The notes under the pieces are model-generated. The model had not been told where the DNA came from. It saw only the letters and a list, made by a program, of their open reading frames with translations, and did not search any database. From Vitrella brassicaformis CCMP3155 (lineage: Eukaryota; Protista; Chromerida), in the NCBI GenBank assembly GCA_001179505.1, contig CDMY01000382.1, forward strand, positions 27,524-91,523: a stretch of DNA of 64,000 nt. The letters run 5' to 3'. Position numbers and translations under genes: made by a program. Each line of letters begins with the position of its first letter. The first letter of the stretch is position 1. Of the stretch, positions 12,644 to 24,277 are shown in pieces.

Positions 12644-13118
12644 CAGGGCACGGATTCTGACCGCACACGATGAGGCCGGGGTCGCTGGCGCAGAAGCATG
12701 TGTCGCAGGCTGCAGGCAGGCATGTCAGTCAAAGGAAGGAAGGAAAGACAGCACCCATGCACGCACGTATATATGCCATTCCTTCATCATGGCCGGATGA
12801 TAGATGGATGGATCGATCAATAGACGGACGGACGAATGGATGGGTGGTCTTACTTACCCTGGAGCTCACGATGCGGCTCGTCCCCTTGGCCCAAGCAGTC
12901 AGAGTCGCAGTCTGCCTCGCAGATGTAGACGCACCCCGCCACACCGCCCTGCAGCTGCCTGTGGGCCTCTCTCTCCTGCACACCTGCAGCCAGAGGACAA
13001 ACATACCATCGTGTGTGTGTGTGTGTGTGTGTGTACCTCTCATGGCGGGATTTGCTGCTGATGCGATGGCGAGGGCGACGAAGGCCATGAGGGCGACCAC
13101 CGAAGTGCGAGGGGCCAT
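12644..13118 (-). CDS. Copy 2 of the Cys-rich secreted modular protein gene (exons 1-3; remainder falls in the N gap)
   Basis: Exon 1 13037-13118 MAPRTSVVALMAFVALAIASAANPAMR (signal peptide); exon 2 12858-12983 GVQEREAHRQLQGGVAGCVYICEADCDSDCLGQGDEPHRELQ; exon 3 12644-12709 ACDTCFCASDPGLIVCGQNPCP. All introns GT-AG and phase 1. Confidence 0.72.
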
Positions 13119-13496
13119 TGTAGCTGCACGAGGCGCTGACCAAGTGGAGTGCTGAGGGAGTCAGACGGCGCGAAGGGAAGGTGCGAGGAGTGAACACAAT
13201 TAAGCTGAGGAAGGAAGGAAGGCAGGCTGCTTGAGTGAGGTCGGTGTGCGATGAATTGTTTCCGCCTTTGAGCCCCTGCTGGTGCCGTAGACAGCACGGG
13301 AGAGCACTCATGCTGTCTTATCGTGCGTTCTCGCCACAAAAACTCTCCTATCTTCGGATCGGATCACAACGGGCGAGCTTATGTGGGGAGGAAAGAGAAA
13401 AGAGGACAAGGAAGGCTGCCAGGCCCTCCAGGCATATCCCGCCAGATGAGCAGCAGACACACGTGGTGCACATGACGCTCACGGCTGCCTGACGAT

Positions 13497-14432
13497 ATGA
13501 CGGCGCCGGGCGTCCATTGCGTCAAGAGGGCGCTTCGCCAGATCACAACGTACAGGTGGGTAGATCTGCTGCACAGTGCGTACTGCACACATCAATCACA
13601 TGACGGCACAAACAAATGTGTGTGTGTGTGTGTGTGTACAAATCAGGCCAGCAGGGGCTGCTCAGCAAACGCAACCATCTGGGAGTGCGGCCCGTCTACC
13701 GCACCTTATAGTGCGGAGCTATCGGCACTTCGCCGGCCGGCCGCTGCTGAGCGATGACGAGAATGGCATGTCAGATGAGCAGCTGGTATGTACCTGCACC
13801 CACACAAGGGGGACCTGCCAGCGGCTTTGGTGCGTGTTCAGACGAGGGCTTTGTACGAGAGTCCCGTTGTGGTGGCGGCGCACGACTTCACGGGGGGTTC
13901 GGCGGCGCCTGTGTTCACCTATGCCAACCAGAAGGGCCTCGACGTCTTCGAAACCAACTGGCACGTGAGCTGAAACGGGGCTGGGGATGGAAGGCTGCCT
14001 GAAATGGGCAGCTGCCTCATTGCAGCACTTTGTCGGCTGCCCGTCATTCAAGTCTGCCGATGACACCCGCTTTCACGAGAGGCTGGCGCTGCTGCAAGAG
14101 TGCCTTGAGAAGGCAAGAGAGAGAGGAATGCCTTCATTCAGATACACGGTGTGCGTATGGCTTGTGTGTGTGCAGGGGTGTGTGCGTGTGAATGCCATCC
14201 GGCAGAGCTTCACGGGGCGCCTTTTCCAGATACAGGACGGCCTCTTGTTCAACCTGCTCGACACACCAGGTGGCGCGACTGCCACAACCGTGGGGCAGGT
14301 CCGTGTTGACGGATGGATGGATGGATCCAGGCACAGGCCATCCCTTTCGATCTATGCTTTTTTGCTTTTCAGGCGGTGGCGTTTGCCACGTGGCAATACT
14401 TGGACTCCATCAGTGAGGAGCGGTCCCTCTAG
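13497..14432 (+). CDS. Stand-alone MEKHLA (PAS-like) domain protein, multi-exon
   Basis: Spliced product contains LIVRSYRHFAGRPLL, LYESPVVVAAHDF...PVFTYANQKGLDVFETNW, PSFKSADD...ERLALL, IRQSFTGRLFQIQDGLLFNLLD...GQAVAFATWQYL, matching the MEKHLA consensus. One probable GC-AG intron at 14113-14175. Confidence 0.85.
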
Positions 14433-15929
14433 TCAGTCAAGAAAAGGGAATGACTGCCATGCATGTGCGGCTCAGTGATGAGCTGACGGCTTTTTTCGGT
14501 TTCGTCCCTGAAGTGTGATGTTTAGGCGTGGTGTGTCGTCTCTTGGTTTCGGCTCGTTAGTGCTGTGTGCCGTCCCTTCTTGTTCCCCTGGTCGCCACGG
14601 TTACATTGCAGTGCGGTGACGTCGCTGCATTGGGTGCGTGGCCACCAGAAGGAACGAGAAGGGACGGGACAGCAGCACAGACATCAGTATACTCACGATC
14701 GAGGCAGGGGAAGACAGGGAGGAAAGTTCGAGAAAGACACGGCCAGCATCCATGCCATGCATCTCTGCATTTCGGTTGTTGCATTTCGCTCTCTCACCGA
14801 CGGATAAGTCACATTATCTGTCGTGGAGAGAGATGGGGAGGCGTGCCGAGTGAGAATGTCTATCTATAGTCGCGACTCGGATGGATTCAATTCAACTCGG
14901 ATGGATGCAGTGGATGGATGGTATGCATTCACTTGTGTGTCTTGTGTCTTGGGAGCCAAAGTCATTGATGCGCATCATAGCTCTACACACACATACAGCT
15001 CTACAACTCTCAGTCGCCTGGAGAAAAAGCGAATAAGCAAATGACCCTCCCTCCCCCGCACCCAGCCAGACACACACAGACACACGCAATGCAGTCAATG
15101 GATGCCTGCAGCAGGAAGGAAATGTACTCATCATCACTATGTATGTCACTCACACAAGAGCGATAGACAGGCAGATGTAGAGGGGTGGCTGCCGCACGGG
15201 AGGTACAAACGCCCAGACAGACAGACGTACCCATTCACACACACACACACACAGACACACACTCACAGTTACACACACAGAGGCACAAATACAGACAGAC
15301 AATGGAGAGCGAGCAAGCACCCACCTAGCTACCGATAAAAAACCTGCCTGTCGCCATCCATCCATATGTAATATAGGGAATGCCATGAGGTGCCATTGCC
15401 ACGACATGAGAGACAGACCCGCCCGGCCCATCCACCCCAGCAAGCTATGCAGCCGTGCAATGAACGGGGGCGCCCTTGATCATCAAGCAAACGGCCCCCA
15501 CCTTCACTTGTGCGTCGCCACCCCACCCAAGCAATACCAATCATTAAGCAGAGAATCATCTCTCCAAAAGTTCCATCTATCCATCTGTGGTGATGTGCTG
15601 CGTGCGTGTCGGCAGACACATTACATATATACCAAAAACAAAAAATACTTCACGGGTACGCGAGCGGACGGGTGCACGCTAGATAGATGTATTTGTGCCT
15701 GTGTCTGTGTCTGTGTCTCTGTGCCCGCGGTCGGTCATTGTATGTGTGTGTCCATCCCTTCCCTCCCTCCCTCCCTCCCTCCCCTGTCTGTCTGTCTACC
15801 TATACATGAGCTTTACAGGAAATATTCCTGTGTGTGGGTGAGAGGGTGTTGTGGGTGTTGTGGGTGGGTGGAAAGGTGCCGAGGCGACGAGCGGGTTCAC
15901 GTGAGGCCACTCACTCACCGGTCGGTCGG

Positions 15930-17726
15930 TCACTTGAATATGAGCTGTTTGTGTGCCCATCCGTAGGCCGCCTTGTGCTCCTCAAACATCGACTGCAGCT
16001 CACCCAACACCTGCAGGCACCCATATATCCCAGGCATCACACCCCACACACATGCACATGCACACATACACACGCTTCGTTCCCCTCTCTGTGTGTGTGC
16101 AGAGCTGAGTGGCTGAGTTGAGTGGCTGACAGACAGACCTACCTGCTCATGCACGGTGTCTATGTGGTGTTGTGTGGGCGTCTCTGTCGCATTGCCGGGG
16201 TGTACCGGCGGCGCACAGATGATGACCAGTGGCTGGCGAAAGGGGATCGGCAGCAGAAACCTACAGTAAACCAATCAGTCGGACAGACAGGTGTGGGCTG
16301 GGTAGCATGCGGCGTGTGTGTGTCCGTCGGTACCATACCTGCCCCATAGGAAGAACACCGACACACGGATAGCGCGCGAAAGACGCTCCAGGTAGCCGTA
16401 GCGGTCATACCTGATGCGCGCAGACACAGACACACAGAGTGAGCCTCCCTCATGGCCGCATACTGACTGCCAGCCCATCCGTCTCTCTCTGTGCTGGGCT
16501 GGGCAGATCCATGTACACACGCACACGCACGCGCACATACGTACCAGACTCTGAAGCACTTGGTGTTGCCGAAGGCCATGACGGGGCAGACGGGGACGCC
16601 CAGCTGTATGGCGAGCTTGGCAAGGCCCTTCCTGTCCTTGATGAACAACACCTCCTCCTCTGTTCGCAAACAGGCAGGCAGGCAGGAGACCAGACATAGA
16701 AAGATTGACGGGTGAGCAATGTGTGTGTGTGTGTGTGTGTGTCTTCAACTTACTGCTCCAGCAGTTGAAGATGCCGGCGATGCCGTCGGCCATGACGCCG
16801 ACACTCGCCCGTCGGGTTTTGATGTGGTGCACTAGGGAGGCCCGGGAGACGTCCGCCATGCCCAGGAGCTTCATCATGTTCAGGATGGGGAAGTGCAAAA
16901 CCACACTCGCCGCGGCACCGATGAAATCGCCTCTCACCGTCTGACCGACCGACCGATCCATTCATTGCCACACAGGGAGGAGGGAGGGATGTGCAGTGGT
17001 CCTTGTTTGTTTGTTTGTTTGTTTGTGAGGGGCCTACAAGGTTGATAAGCGGGATGGAGAGCAGCCCAGCGACCGGGAAGGCGCCATGGGGCACCATGAA
17101 CCCGATATATGGCGAGAGCTCCGCCTTGTCGCGGCTCTCCTCCGTCCACACCACTTTGAAGCTAAAATACCTGTGCACACACACACGTACGTGTGCTCAT
17201 ATCCCGCCCTCTGCACCCCTTTTTGACACACACACGCACCTGAAGAGTGATATGAGCACAGGCGACGGGACGGGCGAGCCGTTCTTCTTCATGGGAAAAC
17301 CAGCCAGAGTGATGAAGGTGACCACCCATGCCACGAGCGGCCGCCACTGGCCGTAGATAATCCACAGTGGGAGGGCGAGCAGAGGCCATCCAGCTAGGAC
17401 GAACCAGCAGCAGAAGAAGAGAATGACGACGGCGGCCTCCTCCCAGACGGGCATTGGCGTGACAGACGTCAGGTTGGGGCTGGGGCAGCTGTCCATGGGC
17501 ACCGATGCCGCGTCAATTATCTTCCTTCTCTCCTCCCCCGACGCAAGGGCCAGCCGACGCAAATCTACCTTGCTGCACGACACAGACACAGACACACCCA
17601 GACAGACAGACGCGTGCACAGCACAATGAGTGGGTCATGTAGGTAGTAGTTGTAGCTGGCCACGGCCCTCACCCACTGACTCACCTGGCGTCTGTGAAGA
17701 AGTATTTCCGTTTGTGTGTCTTGCAT
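15930..17726 (-). CDS. DGAT2: Diacylglycerol/monoacylglycerol acyltransferase, DGAT2 family, multi-exon
   Basis: N-terminal TM hairpin (AAVVILFFCCWFVLAGWPLLALPLW), VPHG motif, GIAGIF, LFIKDRKGLAKLAIQLGVPVCPVMAFG, PIPFRQPL, MFEEHKAAYG. Start codon uncertain. Confidence 0.85.
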
Positions 17727-17999
17727 TGGTCTCCCTCGGCCTGCTGCTCCACAGGCAGACTCTGAGTGGGCAATGAGCAGTCAGTCGAACACTCATCCTC
17801 CGTCTGGGGCGGCATTGTGTGCACAAATCTGTGGCAGCGGTGCCTCAGAACCCCTGCTGTCCTTGTGGCTAAGCCCGCAGGGAGGAGGAAGGGCATTGCG
17901 TGAAACTGGTTGTCGGGGGGGAAAGGCAAGCCTTTCCCGGGAAAGGAGGCGACAATTCCGCATTGCGGTGGCTGACGCGTAGCTGATTCTCGTGTAGGG

Positions 18000-18920
18000 A
18001 TGGGAATCAAAGGTCTTTGGGATCTGGTGGCCCCGTCGGGCCGTCGTGTCAACCTGGAGGCGCTGTCCGGCTCCACTTTGGCCATCGATGCGTCCATCTG
18101 GCTGGTGCAGTTCCTCAAGGCCATGCGCGACAGCGACGGCAACATGGTCCGCAGCGCCCACCTGGTCGGCTTCTTCCGGCGCATATGCAAGCTGCTCTTC
18201 TACCAGATCAAGCCCGTCTTTGTGTTCGACGGCCCGCCGCCGGAGCTCAAGCGCCGCACACTGGCGCAGCGTCGCCGGCTGCGCGAGCAGCAGGAGGCCA
18301 ACCTGAAGAAGACGGCGGAGAAGCTGCTGCTCAACAAGATGAAGTCCTACGCCCTCGACCAGATCGAGGCCAAGAGGAAGGCCAAGAGGGCCAATAAGGG
18401 CAAGGGCAAGGACAAGGGCAGCAGGGCGCGGGCGGCCTCACAGAACCAGCAGGAAGAAGAAGATGAGAACCACAGACATGATGATGGCGAGAATCGCGAG
18501 AACGACAAAGACGATGGTGCCGAAGGCAGGCAGCAGCGAGCCGCCAGCCCACCAGCAGCAGCGGCCGCTGCCGCGGCGGCGGCAGCAGCAGCACCAGCAG
18601 CTGCAGGGGGGCCATCCTCACCGATTGATCTGCTAGATAGCGACGAGGGGGAGCGCCAGAAGAGAGCTGCCGCCGAGGAGCTGTTTGGTGATGACGACAG
18701 CGACGTGCAGATGTGGGAGAAGGAAGATGGTGGTGAAGAGGATGGCGAGCAGGAGGGAGATGACGCCGACCCCATGGGCTACCGGGCGAGGCGACGCGCA
18801 TACTACAACTCCATCCCCAACGAGTTCAGGTGCGTGCGGACCACACACACACACTTTTAGACAGTGTGTCCATACCCATCGTCCTGTCTGTCTGTCTGTC
18901 TGGCTGGCTGGCTGGCTGGC

Positions 18921-18952
<32 letters not shown>

Positions 18953-21900
18953 ACATAGGGGGTTTCTGGCGGAGCGTCGTCGTCTGGATGACCTGCAGGT
19001 GGGCGAGTCGGCCATGACCAGCATCCTCTCCATGCCCGGATCAGCCACCGTCAAGAAGCGACAAGATGCGCTCTTCGGCGGGCCCAGCAACAACCCCGCA
19101 CGCAGGGGCGGCGGGGAGTCGCCATCTGCTAGTGCTAGTGCGCCGGCTACTGCTGCTGCTGCCGCTGCGGCCGGCGGCTCATTTGACGACGATACACATG
19201 TTTTCAGGGACGCAGAGGACTTCAAAAGTGAGCACGCGGAGAGGAGAGGATGGACATGGCTGCTTGTATGGCCGATGTGACGTTCGGGTGTGGTGTGTGT
19301 AGGTTATCATGTGTCTGGCGAGAACGGAGAGGACGTGGCCATCACTCTGCCGCTCGATGCCGAGATCGACCCAGAAGTGTTCGAAACGCTGCCGGCAAAA
19401 GTGCAGTACCAGGTCAGCCAGACCGACACACACGCACACCCCTGTCTGTACGTCCATCTCCCTCGAGGTCTCTGTGTGTGCGTCATCCATCCATTCACTC
19501 GTCAGATCCTGAATCAGTTGCGTGACGCTTGGATGAACGAGAGCCGTCTCAAGGCGGTGCAGGCCAAGGACGACCTGCAGGTGTTCAGCAACGTGCAGCT
19601 CGAGAGCTACATGCGATCCATCCGCACCAACAAGGAGATCGACACGGTCAAGGTCGCCATGGCCGAGGACGTCCGCAAAGACGAAAAGGAGATGGGCGGC
19701 GACGCCACCTCACAGGCAAGCAGCCACACCACACACACGGCGACACACGTGGCTATACACGTGTGTGTGGGGGTGTTGGGGGGCACAGGTGTACATCAAT
19801 GGTCCGGTGGAGGTGGACAAGGGCGGCCCGTCCAAGGGGCCGAATTGGAACCCGACGGCCGGGGGGTGGAAGAGCCGAAATGCATACTGGGCGCAGCAGC
19901 AGAAGAAACCGACGCCCGGTAGGTAACACCCAGCCACCCATCAGACACAACACACAACACACAAAAGAAGTGTGTCTATCCCGTCCCGCGTCCGTTCATC
20001 CAGATCTGTTTGGTCTGGGCGAGTCGGCTGCTGACGACGGGTTTGACGAGTACAAGGACGGAAGAGACAGCAAGGAGGGCGATGCCCACCACCCCAAGAA
20101 GAAGCGCCGCAAGCACCGCTACAACCCCGAGCACTTCTCCCACCTCCCCTCTCTCAAGAACACCGACCTCACACGCAAGGACCTCTTCACCGTCAATGAA
20201 GACGACTTCGACGGACCGCAGCTGTCAGACCGCAGGAAGAAGCGGCCAAAGTCTGAGAGAGACCAGGCGCGTCTCCCCGGCCCCTCCCTGCCGTCCTTCT
20301 CTCCCGGCAAGACCTCGCGCGTGCCCGAGGCGGCCGATGAAGACATTCTGGAGTGTGAGGCCGGTGATGCTCATGAGGCGCCAAATGGTGGTTTAGTGGT
20401 GGAGGAAGATGATGCGTCAGAGGGCCTGCCGGATGGCTTGGGTGGCATGGATGTGGAAGACGATGTGCTGGACCTCCTGGGCGATAAGTTCTTCGACCAT
20501 GCTGAGGCGGACGAGCCACCAGAGCCCCCTCATGACGATGAGGCCGAGGCACCCGCAGCCCCACCAGCCGCTGACGCCGTTGAGCCGGCCAGTCCCTCGT
20601 CTAGCGAGGAGGAGGGCCGCCGCCCACAGCCGCCCGACACTGTCGACCTGACAGAGGACGCGCACGAGCCGCCACCCCCTCCCCCGCCTCCACCACCTCT
20701 CCCCATCCCTCCGCTGGTCGTCGACCTCGACGAAGAAGATGACTTGCCACCGCAGCATGAGGTTCCTGCTGGTGTGGCTGCCGCTTCTAGGCCGGAAGCA
20801 GCCGATCGACGCGACCACTCACCCCTCCGTCTGCTGTCGGCATTTACACTCAAGCGGAAGCGGCCACCAACGCATGAGGACCGGGAGAGCGGCGACTACG
20901 CCAACGAGCCGCAGCCAGTGGAGGTGCGCGGGGCGGACGGCGGTGTGTCGACGTCGCTGGGCGAGAGGGGTGGAGATGAAGACGAGGAGGACTTGGTCGA
21001 GTGGGAAGATGCAGAGGAAGAAGACCAACAGCAGGCCGAGCCGCCACTCGCCGAGCCCGCACCAGTACGTCAGCTGGCGGACGTGGCCGTGCCGGTGGTG
21101 GCTGTGGACAGGGAGCCGCCGGCGCAGCCACAAGCCGAGAACGCCGTGGCCATGGATGTGGAGGACCTGACGCTCGACGAGGATGATGCACGCTCAGCCC
21201 CACCACCACCACCAGCAGCAGCCAACGCTCCCCCGCCAGAGGCCCCGCGACAGCAACGAGAGGAGGAGCCCGTGATCATCCAACCTCCCCCTATCCCTCC
21301 CGCACCTGCCGCAGGGGCCCCCCAAGCCGCAGAGAAGCAGCAGCAGGACACCGAGCAAGAGCAACAGCCCCCTCCCTCCCGCGAGGCTTCACCGGCCGAG
21401 CACTCTTCGCCGGCGGCCAGCGAGGAGGCCCCACCAGCCGCAGCGGCTGCAGCAGCTGCGGCAGCGGGTGGTGATGCAGAGGACAGCAAGGGCCAGGCGG
21501 ATGACCCGTTTGCTGACATCGACGATTCGATCTTCGACGATTTGGATTTCGTGATGCCATCGCCGAGGAATGCAGGGGCAGCTGCAGGGGCCACGGGGGG
21601 TGGGCAGAGAGGGGGGCAGCGGGGCCGGGCGGCGCAAGTCAATTTGGAGGAGCTGCGCGAACGACTGGTGAGTCAGTCAGTGATGGAGCAGAGGTGGATG
21701 GTTGATTGACTTACGTGTCTTTGTGTGTGTGTCTGTCTCGTGTAGGAGGAGGAGCAGGTGGAGTTGATGGGCGACTTGCAGAAGCAGAAGGCGCAGTCTG
21801 AGCACGTCACGCCAGAGATGCAGGAGCAGGTCAGTCAGTCAATACAGTACTTGGGTGGGTCGGCACGTCAATCAACCAGAAAAGGCAAACAAACGGACCA

Positions 21901-23435
21901 CCAACCCAATGACCATTTTCAGGTTCGTGATTTGTTGCGTGCTTTTGGGATCCCGTGGGTGGATGCCCCCGCCGAGGCCGAGGCACAGGCGGCCGTCCTC
22001 AACGAGCTCGACCTGGTCGACGCAGTGGTCTCCGATGACTCAGACGCTCTCGCGTTCGGAGCCAAGAAGGTATGGGCACACACACATGCATGCCTGCCTG
22101 CTCATCCCCGTGTGCGTGTCGTTTCTTCCACCCGTCCGTCAGGTGTACCGCAATTTCTTCGACAGCCGCAAGACGGTGGAGATGTACGAGACCGGGCTGA
22201 TGCAACGGCGGCTGGGCTGCGGCAAGGAGGAGCTCATCCTACTGGCCATCCTTCTGGGGTGCGACTACACACTCGGCGTGCGGGGCATCGGTATTGTCAA
22301 CGCGCTCGAGGCCATCAAGGCCTTCAAGTCGTTTGAGGGGCTCAGGAAGCTCCACGGATGGGCCGCTGACATCGCCAGGCTCACGTAAGTTGAGGGAGGG
22401 AGAGAGGATGGAGGACGGAAGGGAGGGAGAGCCGTTCACTCACCGTCTTCTGTTCTCCTCTTTCTTTGTGTGTGGTGTGTCAGTTCTACCGGTGTGGACC
22501 CCGATGACGACGAACCGATGCGCTACTACAAAATCAACCACAAGAAGTACAGAAACCACTGGTGAGTGAGTGAGCAACGGACGCATCTGCCCCTCCATCC
22601 ATCCATCCATTTGCCTCTCTCTCTCTCTCTCTCCCTCTCTCTCAGGAGCTTCCCTGCTGACTTTCCGAGCGAGGCCGTGTGGGATGCCTTCGAGACGCCC
22701 CAGGTGGACCGCAGCGCCGAGCCCTTCAGCTGGTCCCCACCCCACGTCGACTCGATCATCCAGCTCCTCACCACACACGCCGGCATGGGCGCCGACGACA
22801 TCCAGCAGCAGCTCGACCCGGTGATGTACTCGCTCAACCAGCCGAGGGTGCAGACGACCCTGCAGCGGTACGGCTTCACGGTGCAGGTGGGCGACAGCTC
22901 GGCCTACCTCCGCCACGCCAATGTGGGCGGTGGGGACGACACCGTGGCCGTCATCCGGTCCAAGCGGATGGGCAAGGCCGTGCAGACGCTGCGGGACCAG
23001 CAGAGGATCAAGAAGAACAAACGGGACAGGCAGAAGAAAAAGAAGGAAGGTGGCACCATCCAAGAGGCCTTTAACAAGGTAGGTAGGTACATACCTACCG
23101 ACAGACACCTAGCAGAAGAAAAGATCTAAGTGTTCGTCTATCGGTTCATTGCCACCTGTATCGCATCCATGGTGGGCTGCCTGACTGATGCGTTCTTTCA
23201 GGCGTCATCTTCGAGTGCTGCTGCTGCTGCCGCGGCTGCTACGCCAGCACAGGACGAGGAAGGGGCGACCAGTGCTGCAGCAGCAGCAGCAGCTGCTGCA
23301 AGTGGTGGTGGTAGTGGTGCCGACGACGCAAAGAGGGAGGCCGATGCGGTGGAGTTGCAGCGTGAGCTAGAGATGCTGGGGATATCTCCCGAGGAGCAGA
23401 TGGAGATCATACGGACACAGCAGGGGCTCTCGTGA
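18000..23435 (+). CDS. RAD2: XPG/RAD2 structure-specific endonuclease (nucleotide excision repair), multi-exon
   Basis: N-domain MGIKGLW...LAIDASIW...[21 protein letters not shown]; UBM-like DPEVFETLP; I-domain [39 protein letters not shown]; long acidic spacer between them. Confidence 0.95.
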
Positions 23436-23774
23436 CACAGACAGACAGACGGACAGCCATACATCGAGACCAGATGCATTCCGTCATTGTGGTGTACGTG
23501 TACATCCGTCGTATGACTGACTGACTGACTGACAGGCGACCATTGACTGACCGCGTGGGCGGACTGCTTCACTCATTCATCCCTCCATGAGTCATCCATC
23601 GTCACGAGTCTCAGTTGCTCTTCGAGCGCTACTCACGTCCGTCATGCACAACGCACTGCCAGCCAGACATACGCATATATATGCATGCACCCAAACACAT
23701 GACTTCAACACAGCTGATGGATGACTCATGAAGCAGAAGCCAAGCACCAAACAACCTCATCTCGCTCGCTGTCT

Positions 23775-24098
23775 TCACTCGTCGTCGTCGTCCTCGCCCA
23801 GCGGCCGTGTGCTCCACTGCGTCCTCACAAGGGGCGGTTTCTGCTTCTTCATCGACTCATGGAAGCACTTCTCATAGTCGGCCCTCTGCTGCTGACACCG
23901 CTGCATTGCCTCCAGACCAGTGGACGTCTGCCCCGGCTGCGTGTGCTCCTCGAGGCACGCGAAGAACGCCTTGGACACCTCTTCGCACCCCTTGCGCACG
24001 ATGGGGAAGAACGGCGGCATGTGAGTCGGGGCGGCAGGCTGAGCGGCCTCCGATGGCTTGGAGGCGGCGGGCGGAGAGGCACTCGTGGACTCACTCAT
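23775..24098 (-). CDS. Small twin-Cx9C (CHCH) protein, probably mitochondrial intermembrane space; intronless
   Basis: CEEVSKAFFAC and CQQQRADYEKC are two exact Cx9C motifs in a 107-aa ORF with coding-like composition. Confidence 0.75.
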   Translation of the reverse strand: MSESTSASPPAASKPSEAAQPAAPTHMPPFFPIVRKGCEEVSKAFFACLEEHTQPGQTSTGLEAMQRCQQQRADYEKCFHESMKKQKPPLVRTQWSTRPLGEDDDDE

Positions 24099-24277
24099 CA
24101 CTCAATCCAAGTTGACTCACTACACATCACATGAGCACTGAGGCAGATCTATCAACAGAGCAGCACATCAAGGCTATCAGAACGACGGAAGAAGTCAGCC
24201 GACGCTGTACCCTCCCCTAGGGTTCCATACCCGGACCCTTTTGCGAGCTTAGAAGGGTTTCGAGGGACGCAGGAGCC

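Larger units (their letters stand above)
11435..13424 (+). repeat. About 845-bp near-identical direct repeat (11435-12276 and 12577-13424) flanking a 300-N gap
   Basis: Sequences align almost base for base with a few substitutions, a (GT)n length difference and a 10-nt indel. A nested repeat of about 125 bp (exon end plus intron) occurs at about 11152, 11611 and 12753. Confidence 0.9.

Noticed and set aside
12087-12800. ORFs spanning the N gaps (also 43349-43874)
   Set aside because: Artefacts of translating N runs.
11152-12876. Three roughly 125-bp repeats with intervening unique sequence, superficially array-like
   Set aside because: Not CRISPR or a transposon: they are duplicated exon-end plus intron segments of the Cys-rich gene in a eukaryotic context.
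14500-15900. Possible small gene between MEKHLA and DGAT2
   Set aside because: Only short ORFs without coding bias or splice-consistent exons; treated as convergent UTR or intergenic DNA.
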